DNA of 64,000 bases from Terriglobia bacterium (GCA_963748015.1 CAVVHE010000005.1:544001-608000), one strand, 5' to 3'; counted from the stretch's first letter, positions 8,612 through 18,552 are shown. Notes: a model not told the origin generated them from the letters alone. Program-made: numbers and translations.

Positions 8612-9003
8612 CACGGGAACTCGCCCTCGCCGTCGAGGCCGCCGAGGACAAGAAAGCGGAAGGGCTCGTCGTCCTCGACCTCCGGCCCCTGAAGGTCTTC
8701 ACCGACTACTTCCTCATCTGCCACGGCACGTCGAGCCGCCAAGCGCTCTCGATCGCGGATGCCATCGAGGAGCGGATCCAGAAGGAAACGGGGCGCAGCC
8801 CCGGCCACGTCGAGGGGCAGCGAGTGGCGGAGTGGATCCTCCTCGACTACATCGATTTCGTGGTCCACGTCTTCACCGAGGAGAAGCGCGCCTACTACAG
8901 CCTCGAGAGGCTGTGGGGCGACGCCCCCCGCCTCGCGCTGCCGGGTGAGGAGGCGCCACGCGAGACGGCGCCCGCCAAGCCGCGACGCGGCGCCCGGAAG
9001 TGA
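8608..9003 (+). CDS. rsfS: Ribosome silencing factor
   Basis: DKKAE...TDYFLIC...WILLDYIDFVVHVF...YYSLERLW; probable CTG start after AAGGAGG. Confidence 0.92.
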   Translation: MTRELALAVEAAEDKKAEGLVVLDLRPLKVFTDYFLICHGTSSRQALSIADAIEERIQKETGRSPGHVEGQRVAEWILLDYIDFVVHVFTEEKRAYYSLERLWGDAPRLALPGEEAPRETAPAKPRRGARK

Positions 9004-9464
9004 AGGTTTTCGTCCTCTCGGTGGGCAAGCCTAAGGACCCGGCCGCGACCGCGCTTCACGACCTCTACGCCGACCGCATCCGGAGCTTCGGCGTCGGGTA
9101 CGGGACGGGCTTCGTGCCCGAGGTTCGCGCAACCGGACGCTTTTCCGAGGAGCACGTGCGGGAGCGCGAGGCGGAGGCCCTGTTCCGGAAGTGGCCGACC
9201 GCCGGGACGGTGGTCGCCCTCGACCGGAGCGGATCCCTCCTCGGAAGCGAGGAGCTGGCCCGGGCGCTCGAGCGCTGGTGCTCTCCCGGCGCGGCGTTCG
9301 TGATCGGAGGACCGCTCGGCCTCCACCGGTCGGTCCTCGACCGAGCGCATCGCGTCTGGTCGCTCTCGCCGCTCACGTTCCCGCACGAGCTCGCGCGCGC
9401 GCTCGTCGCCGAGCAGATCTACCGTTCGATCACGATCCTGCGCGGCGTGCCGTACCACAAGTAG
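9000..9464 (+). CDS. rlmH: 23S rRNA (pseudouridine1915-N3)-methyltransferase
   Basis: FVIGGPLG, SLSPLTFPHELAR, EQIYR, PYHK. Confidence 0.94.
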   Translation: MKVFVLSVGKPKDPAATALHDLYADRIRSFGVGYGTGFVPEVRATGRFSEEHVREREAEALFRKWPTAGTVVALDRSGSLLGSEELARALERWCSPGAAFVIGGPLGLHRSVLDRAHRVWSLSPLTFPHELARALVAEQIYRSITILRGVPYHK

Positions 9465-9472
9465 CGGAGTTC

Positions 9473-9501
9473 TTGACGCACCCCCGAGCGTGAACTAATC
9501 T
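9473..9501 (+). promoter_or_regulatory. Sigma70-like promoter
   Basis: TTGACG-17bp-TAATCT. Confidence 0.5.
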
Positions 9502-9560
9502 TGCCCGGGTCTCGCGCGGCCGCGAAGCCGCGGCCGCGAAACCGGCCGGGAACCGACCTC

Positions 9561-10931
9561 ATGAAAGTACGCACCTTCCTCTTCATCCTCCTGGCGATGG
9601 TGGTGGTCTACGCCGCGTCGTCGCTGTTCGTCTCGAACCGCGACGTGCTCGAGCGGCCGTTCCACTTCTGGGGGGGGGTGGATCTCCCGGTCGGCCTGGC
9701 GCTCCTGATCTTCCTCCTGGTCGGCGTCGCGATCACCTTGGTCGCCGGCCTGACCCGCGAAGCCGGAATGCTGGTGGATCGGTCGCGCCGGCGGAAGGCC
9801 ACGAAGCGCTCGGAAGAGATCGAGGAGGAGTACACGCGAGGGCTCGCGGCCGTGCTCGAGGGGCGCGAGGAGGAGGCCCTCCGCCACTTCCGCGCGGTGC
9901 TTGAGCGCGACAGCCGCCACTTCAATACGCTTCTCAAGGTCGGCGAGGTCCTGCGCCACGAGGAAAAGTACGCCGAGGCGATCGAGTATCACCGCAAGGC
10001 GCACCACCTGAAGGAGGACGACCCTCGCCCGCTCTACGACCTCGTCGAGGACTACGAGGCGAAGGGGGACCTCGACCGGGCCCGCGCGGTGCTGGGCAAG
10101 ATCATCGCGCTGAAGAAGCAGTCGGTGCTCGCGTGGCGGAAGCTGCGCTCGCTCCACATCAAGGAGCGCAGCTGGAGCAAGGCGGTCGAGGCGCAGGAGC
10201 GCGTCGAGAAGTACTCGGATGCGGACGATCCCAAGGACGCCGCGGACGCCCGCGTCGGCCTCGGCATACGCTACGAGATGGCGGCGGACCAGCTGCGGGC
10301 CGGGCGCGCGAGGGAGGCCACCGCGGCGCTCCGGAAGCTCCTGAAGGACTCCCCGCAGTTCGTCCCCGCGCACGTGCTCCTCGGCCACGCGATGCGCGGC
10401 GACGAGAAGAACGCGGAAGCGGTCGAGGCGTGGGAGCACGCCTTCGAGTCCACGAACGACCCGGTGTTCCTCACGCTCATCGAGGACCACTTCCTGCAGC
10501 GGGAGCAGCCTCTCGCCGCGATCGAGGCCCTCAAGCGCTGCGCCGCGCGGGCCGGCCGGGACACGCTGGCGCGCTTCTTCCTCGGAAAGCTCTATTTCCG
10601 CCTCGAGATGCTCGACGACGCCCTCTCCGTGCTCTCCTCGCTCGAGAGCCGCGCCTCGTACGCGCCGACCCTCCACTACCTCCTGGGCCGGATCTACGAG
10701 CGGCGGAAGAACTACCGCGAGGCCACGGCGGAGTACCGCAAGGTGATCAAGGACACCGAGCTGGTCGAGCTCGAGTACCGCTGCCGGACGTGCGGCGAGA
10801 CGTCCGTGGAGTGGGTCGACCGCTGTACCGGCTGCGGCGAGTGGAATGTCACCGAGCTCAACTTCCGCGAGGAGATGTCCCTCGAGGAGCTGGGCCTTCC
10901 GCCGGCTCCCGTCTACACCGCCCGCACGTAG
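9561..10931 (+). CDS. LapA/LapB-like LPS assembly protein (two N-terminal TM helices, TPRs, rubredoxin-like CxxC..CxxC)
   Basis: Two hydrophobic segments, TPR helices, C-terminal YRCRTCG...WVDRCTGCGEWN typical of LapB. Confidence 0.78.
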   Translation: MKVRTFLFILLAMVVVYAASSLFVSNRDVLERPFHFWGGVDLPVGLALLIFLLVGVAITLVAGLTREAGMLVDRSRRRKATKRSEEIEEEYTRGLAAVLEGREEEALRHFRAVLERDSRHFNTLLKVGEVLRHEEKYAEAIEYHRKAHHLKEDDPRPLYDLVEDYEAKGDLDRARAVLGKIIALKKQSVLAWRKLRSLHIKERSWSKAVEAQERVEKYSDADDPKDAADARVGLGIRYEMAADQLRAGRAREATAALRKLLKDSPQFVPAHVLLGHAMRGDEKNAEAVEAWEHAFESTNDPVFLTLIEDHFLQREQPLAAIEALKRCAARAGRDTLARFFLGKLYFRLEMLDDALSVLSSLESRASYAPTLHYLLGRIYERRKNYREATAEYRKVIKDTELVELEYRCRTCGETSVEWVDRCTGCGEWNVTELNFREEMSLEELGLPPAPVYTART

Positions 10932-10978
10932 CGCCGCAACTCGGCCGTTCGCATTCCGTTTCCACTCGAAGCGGAGCT

Positions 10979-11153
10979 CGCCGGATCGGGATCGCGTATC
11001 CGGATCCGACTCGCGCGGCACGCTGCGGCGTTGCGCGGCGAAAGTCGCCGCGCCGCCTGGCTCCGCTCTGCGAGCGGCCTTCGAAGGAAGAACCGGCCGC
11101 TCGCAGAGAGGGCCGCTTCGAGTCGGATCCGGATACGCGCTCCCGATCCGGCG
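10979..11153 (+). repeat. Structured intergenic repeat element, copy 1
   Basis: About 35 bp terminal IR around core CGGCACGCTGCGGCGTTGCGCGGCGAAAGTCGCCGCGCCGCCTGG...AGGAAGA-loop hairpin; core also at 41773 and 46795. Confidence 0.85.
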
Positions 11154-11201
11154 GGGGCTGGCCCGGTTCACGTCGCCTCCTCGAAAGGTGCAAGGTGCAT
11201 C

Positions 11202-12032
11202 GTGTCCGGACCCAAGGAGGGACCGGTCCCGGCCTGGCTGCGCGCCGCGCGGCGGCTCCATCGCGCGTTCGGACTCCCGATCCTCTCGGTGCTCCTGCCG
11301 GGGGGGTGCTTCGCTTGCGGGAGACGGCTTGGGGCGCGGCAGCGTCTCGGCGCGTGCCCGGATTGCTGGGCGGAGCTGACGGCCCTTCTCCCGCCGCTCT
11401 GCCCGTCCTGCGGGCTGCCCGTCCCCGCTTCGACCGACCTCAACGGTCCCGCGGGCGGAAGGTGCGCGGCGTGCGTCCTCGCCGCGCCGCCGTTCGACGC
11501 GGCCCAGGCGGCGGTCGCGTATCGGGGAGCGGCGCGGCGGTTCCTCCTCGCGGCCAAGTTCGGGGGGAGGCCCGAGGTGCTGCGCGCGCTCGGCGGGCAG
11601 CTCGCGAAGGTGCTGGAGGCGTCGGACCTCGCGCGGGGCTGCGACGCGGTGGTCCCCGTTCCCGCACACCCGTGGACGCGGATGCGGCGCGGCCACAACG
11701 CCGCGCTCGAGATCGCGGTCCCCGTGGCGAGGTCGCTCGATCTGCCGGTTCGGAGCCGCCTGCTCGCTCGCAAGCTCGGCCACGCGCTCGCCGCGAAGAG
11801 GCTCGGCGCGCGGCGCCGGCGGGCGGCCCTCGCCCCGGCGTTCCGCGCCTCCCGCCGGGTCCACGGTCTCACGGTCCTGCTCGTGGACGACGTGCTGACC
11901 ACGGGGGCGACCGCCGGGGCTTGCGCCGCCGCCTTGAAGGGCGCGGGAGCGAGGGAAGTTCGGGTGGCCGCGTGGGCCCGCACCCTCCGGGTCGAGGGGG
12001 GGTTTGGCCGACCGGGCGACGGCCGCCTATAA
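11202..12032 (+). CDS. comF: ComF family protein (double zinc ribbon plus phosphoribosyltransferase)
   Basis: Four CxxC motifs, VVPVPAH, RGHN, VLLVDDVLTTGAT; start approximate. Confidence 0.85.
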   Translation: MSGPKEGPVPAWLRAARRLHRAFGLPILSVLLPGGCFACGRRLGARQRLGACPDCWAELTALLPPLCPSCGLPVPASTDLNGPAGGRCAACVLAAPPFDAAQAAVAYRGAARRFLLAAKFGGRPEVLRALGGQLAKVLEASDLARGCDAVVPVPAHPWTRMRRGHNAALEIAVPVARSLDLPVRSRLLARKLGHALAAKRLGARRRRAALAPAFRASRRVHGLTVLLVDDVLTTGATAGACAAALKGAGAREVRVAAWARTLRVEGGFGRPGDGRL

Positions 12033-12098
12033 TGCCCGTTTCATCCGGCTCGAACGCGGCGGGCACCCCGTGTGCCCCCCTGGAAGGGTGAGGTCGTC

Positions 12099-13064
12099 AT
12101 GCGCTGTGCGGTCGTGGTCCTCGGCTCGGTGCTCCTCTTCGGTCACGCGGCGGCCGCCCCCGAGGGCAAGGCCGCCCCTGAAACGGCCGCGCCGAAAGAC
12201 GGGCCCGTCAAGGCGGTGCTGGAGCTCGGACGCCAGCTCTACTACGCGGGCGATCCCCTGCAGCTGCGCGTGAGCGTCGGCAACGACGGGGCCTCCGAGG
12301 TCCCGAATCCCGTCAAGACGCCCTTGCCGGCCGGGCTCGAGGTGCGAGGCCCCGGCGGCGTGCTCCTCAAGAGGGCGTCGAAGCCGGATTCGAGCGAGCC
12401 CTCCCGGCCGCAGCGCCTCGCTCCGAAGTACGCCTACAGCGCCGTGATCGATGCGGCGCAGATGTACCCCGAGCTCGCCCAACCCGGCCAGTACGAGATC
12501 CGCTGGACCGCGGACGGCGTGACGTCGCCGACCCTCGTCGTGCGCGTGATCCCCAAGTACGACGCTACCAAGGAATACCGGGTCCGCGTCGAGACCGACG
12601 AGGGGTCGTTCACGATCGAGTTCTTTTCGAAGACCTCCCCTATCGCCACCAAGGCCTTCATCGACATGGTCAACGCGGGAGTTTACGACGGGCTCACCTT
12701 TCACGAGCTCCATCCGGACCAGTACGTGGTCGGGGGCGACCCCCAGGGCGACGGCGCGGGGATTCCCCCCCTTCGCTACCCCGCGGATCCGGGGAACGTG
12801 CCGGTGGTCGCGGGGACGGTGGTGATGAAGCCGCTCAGTCCGTCGCCTCCCACCAACGGGTCGCAGTTCATCGTGATGTTGCGGCCGGAGCCCAGCTGGA
12901 CGGGCCAGGCGACCGCGCTCGGCCAGGTCGTGGACGGCCTCGACGTCGTGCAAAAGATTTCGAGGCTCCCGAGCACGCAGCAGACGGCGCGCCCCTTTTA
13001 CAAGCCCATCAAGGACATCCGGATCCGCAAGATGACGGTGTCCGAGAAGGCGGTGCAGCGCTGA
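12099..13064 (+). CDS. Exported cyclophilin-fold protein with N-terminal Ig-like domain
   Basis: Signal peptide; YDGLTFH, GGDPQGDG, NGSQF, GQVVDGLDVV. Confidence 0.8.
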   Translation: MRCAVVVLGSVLLFGHAAAAPEGKAAPETAAPKDGPVKAVLELGRQLYYAGDPLQLRVSVGNDGASEVPNPVKTPLPAGLEVRGPGGVLLKRASKPDSSEPSRPQRLAPKYAYSAVIDAAQMYPELAQPGQYEIRWTADGVTSPTLVVRVIPKYDATKEYRVRVETDEGSFTIEFFSKTSPIATKAFIDMVNAGVYDGLTFHELHPDQYVVGGDPQGDGAGIPPLRYPADPGNVPVVAGTVVMKPLSPSPPTNGSQFIVMLRPEPSWTGQATALGQVVDGLDVVQKISRLPSTQQTARPFYKPIKDIRIRKMTVSEKAVQR

Positions 13065-13219
13065 CCGGGGTGGTCCCCCGCGATCGTCCACGCCGAAAAC
13101 CCGTACAAACGCTAACCGGATGGACCGGCGCCGGGTTTAGCGCCGTGTGCCACGGGGGCGTCGTGCGCCGGCCGGCGGGTTGCGAATTGGTCATCTGGAC
13201 GCAAGTCGTCCAAATTCCC

Positions 13220-13248
13220 TTGCCGCTCCGCCACCGCCACCGTATATG
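13220..13248 (+). promoter_or_regulatory. Putative promoter of the long Cys-rich gene
   Basis: TTGCCG-17bp-TATATG; the same arrangement precedes the paralog at about 18463-18491. Confidence 0.45.
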
Positions 13249-13308
13249 GAACCCTCGCAAATACTAAGTGAACTCGATCAATCGCTTCGGCTAGCGCCGG
13301 CTGGAGAG

Positions 13309-16300
13309 ATGATGCGGTTTCGGAGCCTTCGTGGCGGGCACGCCGCCATCGTGGCCGTTCTATTGCTCGCCTCCGCCACCGTCGCCGCAGCCCAGCAGAC
13401 GGTCTACGTGGATGGGGCAAATTGCCCCAATCCCCACCCGGCCAACCCGTACTGCAAGATCCAGGACGCGATCTGCTACCTGAAGGCCAACAGCCCCGCC
13501 GGCGGGACCGTTCTCGTGAGGCCGGGGACCTACGCGGAAGCGATCCGCGTCTTCGCCGGGATCAGCGTGGTCTCGACCGACGGCCCGGCGGTCACGACGA
13601 TCGACGCCACCGGCAAGCCGTGCATCAAGTCGGACTGCACCGTCAACACGGCAACCACGTCCTGCACCGCGATCCAGTCGTCTTCCGTGGGGGGCGTGGG
13701 CCAGACGAGCGCGGACCGGATCGAGGGCTTCCACATCGTCGGCGGCAAGGGGTACGTCTGGACGACGACCCCGGTGACCGCCGTCGGTGGCGCGATCTTC
13801 GTCTGGGGGAACAGCTCCCCGACGATCACGCGCAACGAGATCGTCGGCAACGCGATCGCGACGACGGCCACCAAGGCCTTCTACGGCGGCGGGATCTACG
13901 TGGACAGCAACCTCGTCGGAGGAGTCCCTGTCGCGAGACCGGTGATCACCCAGAACTTGATCGACGGCAACCTCGCCGACCCGCCCGCCGGGTCCGGGAG
14001 CAAGAGCTCGTACGGAGTCGGCGGAGGAATCTACTCCGGCCCCGACGCGGCGCCGACCATCGACGGCAACACGATCCGCAACAACCGGGCCGGCAACTAC
14101 GCGACCTCGAACCAGATCGCCAACGGCGGCGGCATCGCGATTTATGGCCGCGCGGCGGCCGGGGCGACGACGGTGGCCTCGAGAAACCTGATCCAGGCCA
14201 ATGTCGCCGCCAACTACGGCGGCGGGTTTCATACCACCGGATCCCTGCAGGGGACCGCCTACGAGAGCAGCGTGGGTTTCGTCGAGAACAACGTCTTCGA
14301 CGCGAACGATGCGCCGAACGGCGGCGGCGGCCACGCCGACACGACGCTGATACGGATCCGGAACAACACGTTCGTGAACAACACGGCGAGCTACGGCGGA
14401 GCGCTGAACCTCGATCCGGGAAATTCCACCACCGACGTTCCGACCGTGGCGAACAACATCTTCGCCTCGAACAGCGTCAACACGGCTTCCGGCGGCGGCG
14501 GCCTGTTCGTTTTGGGGACGGGGTTCAACCCGGTCGTGCGGTTCAACGATCTTTTCTCGAACACGCCGCAGAACGTCGCGGGGGCCAAGAGCGACGCGAG
14601 CTACATCGGGGTGAACGGCAACCTGTCCTTGAACCCCCAGTTCGTGAACAGCGCGGGGAAGGACTTCCACCTGCTGACGACGAGCCCGGTGATCGACGTC
14701 GGCGAGAACGCGAACGCGCCCGCGGTGGACCGCGACGGCGCCCCGCGCCCGCAGGACGCGCACTACCTCGGCACGAACGTCGTGGACATGGGGGCGTACG
14801 AGTTCTCGCCGGACTTCGACGGCGACGGGCTCAAGGACTGGCAGGACCCGGACACGGACAACGACGGTGTTCTCAACGCGCAGGACTGCGCCCCGCTCAA
14901 CAAGGGGACGTCGGCGGCGCCGGGCCAGGTGCAGAACACGCTCACGCTGGACAAGACCGGCGGCGGCAGGCTGAGCTGGGGTCGGGGCATCCAGGGACAC
15001 GTCTCGAACGTGTACCGGGGCACGAGGGTGTCCGGCCAGGCCTGGGCGTACAACGAGACTTGCCTGAGCAACGAGATCGCGGGCACCGAGCTGACCGACG
15101 CGTCGAATCCCGCCGTCGGGACGACGTACTTCTACCTCGTCAGCGCCAAGAACTTCTGCGGCGAGAGCGCGTCGGGGAAGGACCAGCTCGGCCTGGACCA
15201 CTTCTCCTCGCCCGCCTGTGCGGCGGCGAATCGCGACACGGACGGCGACGGGGTCAAGGATCTGAGCGACAACTGCCCGACGACGGCGAACGCGACGCAG
15301 ACGGACGCGGACGTGGACGGCGTGGGCGACGCGTGCGACAACTGCCCCGCGGCCGCCAACCCCGACCAGCTCGATCCCGACGGCGACGGGATCGGGAGCG
15401 CGTGCGACAACTGCGCGGCCGTCTCGAACCCGACGCAGACGGACACGGACCAGGACGGCGCAGGCGACGCCTGCGATAACTGCCTCTCGGTGTCCAACCC
15501 GTCGCAAGGCGACGCGGACCGCGACGCCATCGGCGACGCCTGCGACGCCTGCACCGACACCGACGGCGACGGGCGCGGCAATCCGGGCTACCCGGCCAAC
15601 ACCTGCCCGGCCGACAACTGCCCCGCCGTTTCGAACCCGACGCAGGTCGACACGGACCAGGACGGCGCCGGCGACGCGTGCGACAACTGCCCGACCGTTC
15701 CCAACCCCGGCCAGCAGGACTCGGTCGGGAACGGCGTCGGCGACGCCTGCCGGTGCCTCACGGTCGTGTGCACGGCCCCGGACGCGTGCCATCTGCCCGG
15801 GACCTGTGCTCCGACCACGGGGGTCTGCTCGGCTCCGACGACGGTGCCGAACGGAACGGCGTGCAGCGACGGGAACGCCTGCACGCAGACCGACACCTGC
15901 CAGGCCGGGGTCTGCACCAGCGGAACGCCGGTCACCTGCCCGGGCGACGCGTGCCACGATCCCGGGACGTGCAATCCGAGCAACGGCCTCTGCTCGAATC
16001 CGGCCAAGCCCAACGGCACGGCGTGTTCCGACGGGAACACCTGCACGCTGAGCGACACGTGCCAGTCGGGGGTGTGCGTCAGCGGCACGCCGGTCGTCTG
16101 TCCGGCCGACCAGTGCCACGATCCCGGGACGTGCAACCCCAGCAACGGCGTCTGCGCGGCCCCGACCTCGAAGCCCGACGGCACAGCCTGCAACGACGGC
16201 AACGCCTGCACCCAGAGCGACACCTGCCAGACGGGAGTCTGCACCGGCGCCAACCCGATCACGTGCACCGCGAGCGATCTCTGCCACGATCCCGGCACCT

Positions 16301-18249
16301 GCAATTCGGTGACCGGCGTTTGCTCCAACCCGCCGAAGGCCAACGGCTCCGCCTGCGACGACGGAAACGCCTGCACGCAGACCGACACCTGCCAGACGGG
16401 CGTCTGCACCGGCAGCAATCCCGTGGCCTGTCCGGCCAGCGATTCGTGCCACGATCCCGGTACGTGCAACCCGAGCGACGGCGTCTGCTCGAATCCGGCC
16501 AAGCCCAACGGCGCCGCCTGCAGCGACGGGAACACCTGCACGCTGAGCGACACGTGCCAGTCGGGGGTGTGCGTCAGCGGCACGCCGGTCGTCTGCCCGG
16601 CCGACCAGTGCCACGATCCCGGGACGTGCAACCCCAGCAACGGCGTCTGCGCGGCCCCGACCTCGAAGCCCGACGGCACCGCCTGCAACGACGGGAACGC
16701 CTGCACCCAGAGCGACACCTGCCAGACGGGAGTCTGTACCGGCGCCAACCCGATCGCGTGCACCGCAAGCGATTCGTGCCACGATCCCGGCACCTGCAAT
16801 TCGCTGACCGGCGTTTGCTCCAATCCGGTGAAGCCCAACGGCTCCGCCTGCAACGACGGGAACGCCTGCACCCAGACCGACACCTGCCAAGCCGGGGTGT
16901 GCAACGGAAGCAACCCGGTCACCTGCACCGCCAGCGATTCGTGCCACGACGTCGGCACCTGCGATTCCGCTACGGGTCTCTGCTCGAACCCGGCCAAGCC
17001 CAACGGCGCCGCTTGCAGCGACGGCAACGCCTGCACCCAGACCGACGCCTGCGAGGCCGGGGTCTGCGCCGGCAGCAACCCGGTCACCTGCTCCGCGAGC
17101 GATGCATGCCATGACGTAGGCACCTGCGATTCCGGGACGGGAGTCTGCTCGAACCCGCCGAAGCCCAACGGCTCGGAGTGCAGCGACGGCGACGCCTGCA
17201 CCCAGACCGACGCCTGCGAAGCCGGGATCTGCACCGGCAGCAACCCGGTCACCTGCTCCGCGAGCGATGCCTGCCATGACGTCGGCACCTGCGATTCCGG
17301 GACGGGAGTCTGCTCGAACCCGCCGAAGCCCAATGGCTCGGCGTGCAGCGACGGCGACGCCTGCACCCAGACCGATGCCTGCGAGGCCGGGATCTGCACC
17401 GGCAGCAACCCTGTCACGTGTTCCGAGAGCGATGCCTGCCACGACGTCGGCACCTGCGATTCCGCTACGGGTCTCTGCTCGAACCCGGCCAAGCCCAACG
17501 GCACCGCTTGCAGCGACGGCAACGCGTGCACCCAGGCCGACGCCTGCGAGGCCGGCGTCTGCACCGGAAGCAGTCCGGTGATCTGCACCGCGAGCGACCC
17601 GTGTCACGACTCGGGAATCTGCGATCCGGGCACCGGCGTCTGCTCGAACCCCCCGAAGCCCAACGGTACGGCCTGCGACGACGGCAACCCGAACACGACG
17701 GGAGACGTCTGCACCGGCGGGATTTGCGGCCCGCCGGATCTCTGCACCGGCGTGACCTGCGTGCCGCTCGATCCATGCCACGATGCCGGGGTCTGCGATC
17801 CGGGCACGGGCGTGTGCTCGAACCCGCCGAAGGCCGATGGCGCGACCTGTGACGACGGCAACGCCTGTACCACGAACGACGCATGCGCGATCGGCGTTTG
17901 CGGCGGCACCCCGGTCGGCGTCCCGGCGGAGGTGGATGACGGCGTTCGCCTGGCACGAAACGGCCTGGAAGCCGTGATCACCTGGGGCCTGGCGGCAGGA
18001 GCGACAGGGTCGGACGTGCTGCGGGGCCTCGTGAGCGACCTTCCGGCGGGACCCGGCGGAGGGGACGAAACCTGTCTGGCTCAGGGACTTGCGGCGAGCA
18101 CGCTCACCGACGGCGAGGACCCCGGGACCGGCGCCGGCTTCTGGTACCTGGTACGGGGAGGCAACGCCTGCGCGGGTAAGGGATCGTATGGGTTTGCCAC
18201 GCAGCACGGCGCGCCGACGGTCGAGCGGACGAGCGCGACCTGCCCGTAG
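13309..18249 (+). CDS. Large exported protein: right-handed beta-helix, FN3-like module, thrombospondin type-3 repeats, about 13 Cys-rich 55-aa repeats, C-terminal FN3-like module
   Basis: Signal peptide; GGGIY/GGAL beta-helix repeats; SPVIDVG...VDMGAYE; [15 protein letters not shown] repeats; [19 protein letters not shown] units. Confidence 0.88.
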   Translation: MMRFRSLRGGHAAIVAVLLLASATVAAAQQTVYVDGANCPNPHPANPYCKIQDAICYLKANSPAGGTVLVRPGTYAEAIRVFAGISVVSTDGPAVTTIDATGKPCIKSDCTVNTATTSCTAIQSSSVGGVGQTSADRIEGFHIVGGKGYVWTTTPVTAVGGAIFVWGNSSPTITRNEIVGNAIATTATKAFYGGGIYVDSNLVGGVPVARPVITQNLIDGNLADPPAGSGSKSSYGVGGGIYSGPDAAPTIDGNTIRNNRAGNYATSNQIANGGGIAIYGRAAAGATTVASRNLIQANVAANYGGGFHTTGSLQGTAYESSVGFVENNVFDANDAPNGGGGHADTTLIRIRNNTFVNNTASYGGALNLDPGNSTTDVPTVANNIFASNSVNTASGGGGLFVLGTGFNPVVRFNDLFSNTPQNVAGAKSDASYIGVNGNLSLNPQFVNSAGKDFHLLTTSPVIDVGENANAPAVDRDGAPRPQDAHYLGTNVVDMGAYEFSPDFDGDGLKDWQDPDTDNDGVLNAQDCAPLNKGTSAAPGQVQNTLTLDKTGGGRLSWGRGIQGHVSNVYRGTRVSGQAWAYNETCLSNEIAGTELTDASNPAVGTTYFYLVSAKNFCGESASGKDQLGLDHFSSPACAAANRDTDGDGVKDLSDNCPTTANATQTDADVDGVGDACDNCPAAANPDQLDPDGDGIGSACDNCAAVSNPTQTDTDQDGAGDACDNCLSVSNPSQGDADRDAIGDACDACTDTDGDGRGNPGYPANTCPADNCPAVSNPTQVDTDQDGAGDACDNCPTVPNPGQQDSVGNGVGDACRCLTVVCTAPDACHLPGTCAPTTGVCSAPTTVPNGTACSDGNACTQTDTCQAGVCTSGTPVTCPGDACHDPGTCNPSNGLCSNPAKPNGTACSDGNTCTLSDTCQSGVCVSGTPVVCPADQCHDPGTCNPSNGVCAAPTSKPDGTACNDGNACTQSDTCQTGVCTGANPITCTASDLCHDPGTCNSVTGVCSNPPKANGSACDDGNACTQTDTCQTGVCTGSNPVACPASDSCHDPGTCNPSDGVCSNPAKPNGAACSDGNTCTLSDTCQSGVCVSGTPVVCPADQCHDPGTCNPSNGVCAAPTSKPDGTACNDGNACTQSDTCQTGVCTGANPIACTASDSCHDPGTCNSLTGVCSNPVKPNGSACNDGNACTQTDTCQAGVCNGSNPVTCTASDSCHDVGTCDSATGLCSNPAKPNGAACSDGNACTQTDACEAGVCAGSNPVTCSASDACHDVGTCDSGTGVCSNPPKPNGSECSDGDACTQTDACEAGICTGSNPVTCSASDACHDVGTCDSGTGVCSNPPKPNGSACSDGDACTQTDACEAGICTGSNPVTCSESDACHDVGTCDSATGLCSNPAKPNGTACSDGNACTQADACEAGVCTGSSPVICTASDPCHDSGICDPGTGVCSNPPKPNGTACDDGNPNTTGDVCTGGICGPPDLCTGVTCVPLDPCHDAGVCDPGTGVCSNPPKADGATCDDGNACTTNDACAIGVCGGTPVGVPAEVDDGVRLARNGLEAVITWGLAAGATGSDVLRGLVSDLPAGPGGGDETCLAQGLAASTLTDGEDPGTGAGFWYLVRGGNACAGKGSYGFATQHGAPTVERTSATCP
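15760..17910 (+). repeat. Intragenic tandem repeat of about 165 bp with a 495 bp higher-order duplication
   Basis: About 13 units with 8 Cys each; 16041 matches 16536 (offset 495). Confidence 0.9.
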
Positions 18250-18552
18250 CCCCGAAAAGCGCCGGGAAAGCGCGCGGGACGTGGCTGGAATCGAGACGGA
18301 TGACGAATCCGTTCTCTCGGAGCATTCCGAGAATCGCCATCGCGTCGCGCGATGGCGATTCTTGTCATCGGAGCGGCGTCCTCTCGAGCGAGGCACCGGT
18401 CGAGCCGGTCGGTCGCTCTCGCGAAAGAGCGCAGGCTCTAGCCAGAGCGCGGTGTCCATTCCTTGCCGGCTCGCGAAGATCACCGTATAGGGGAGGATTG
18501 CGGGTCTTGGGTTGAATGGAGTTCCTCGCGTCGGCGTCGGCCGGATGGAGCG

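Noticed and set aside
10979..11153. Hammerhead ribozyme or classical IS/MITE identity for the repeat element
   Set aside because: No CUGANGA core; no shared terminal repeats, obvious target duplication or transposase; kept as an unclassified element
15760..17910. CRISPR array or non-coding tandem array
   Set aside because: The repeats are in-frame protein repeats with synonymous variation and no unique spacers; no cas genes
18260..18445. Riboswitch between the two large paralogs
   Set aside because: Several short hairpins (e.g. GAATCGCCATCGCG/CGCGATGGCGATTC) but no riboswitch consensus that I can recognise
13360..18483. 1707 aa antisense ORF and similar long shadow ORFs (e.g. 31490-34546, 9495-11864, 18516-21347)
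   Set aside because: They overlap well-supported genes, are Arg/Gly/Ala-rich without motifs, and are expected from stop-codon scarcity at high GC
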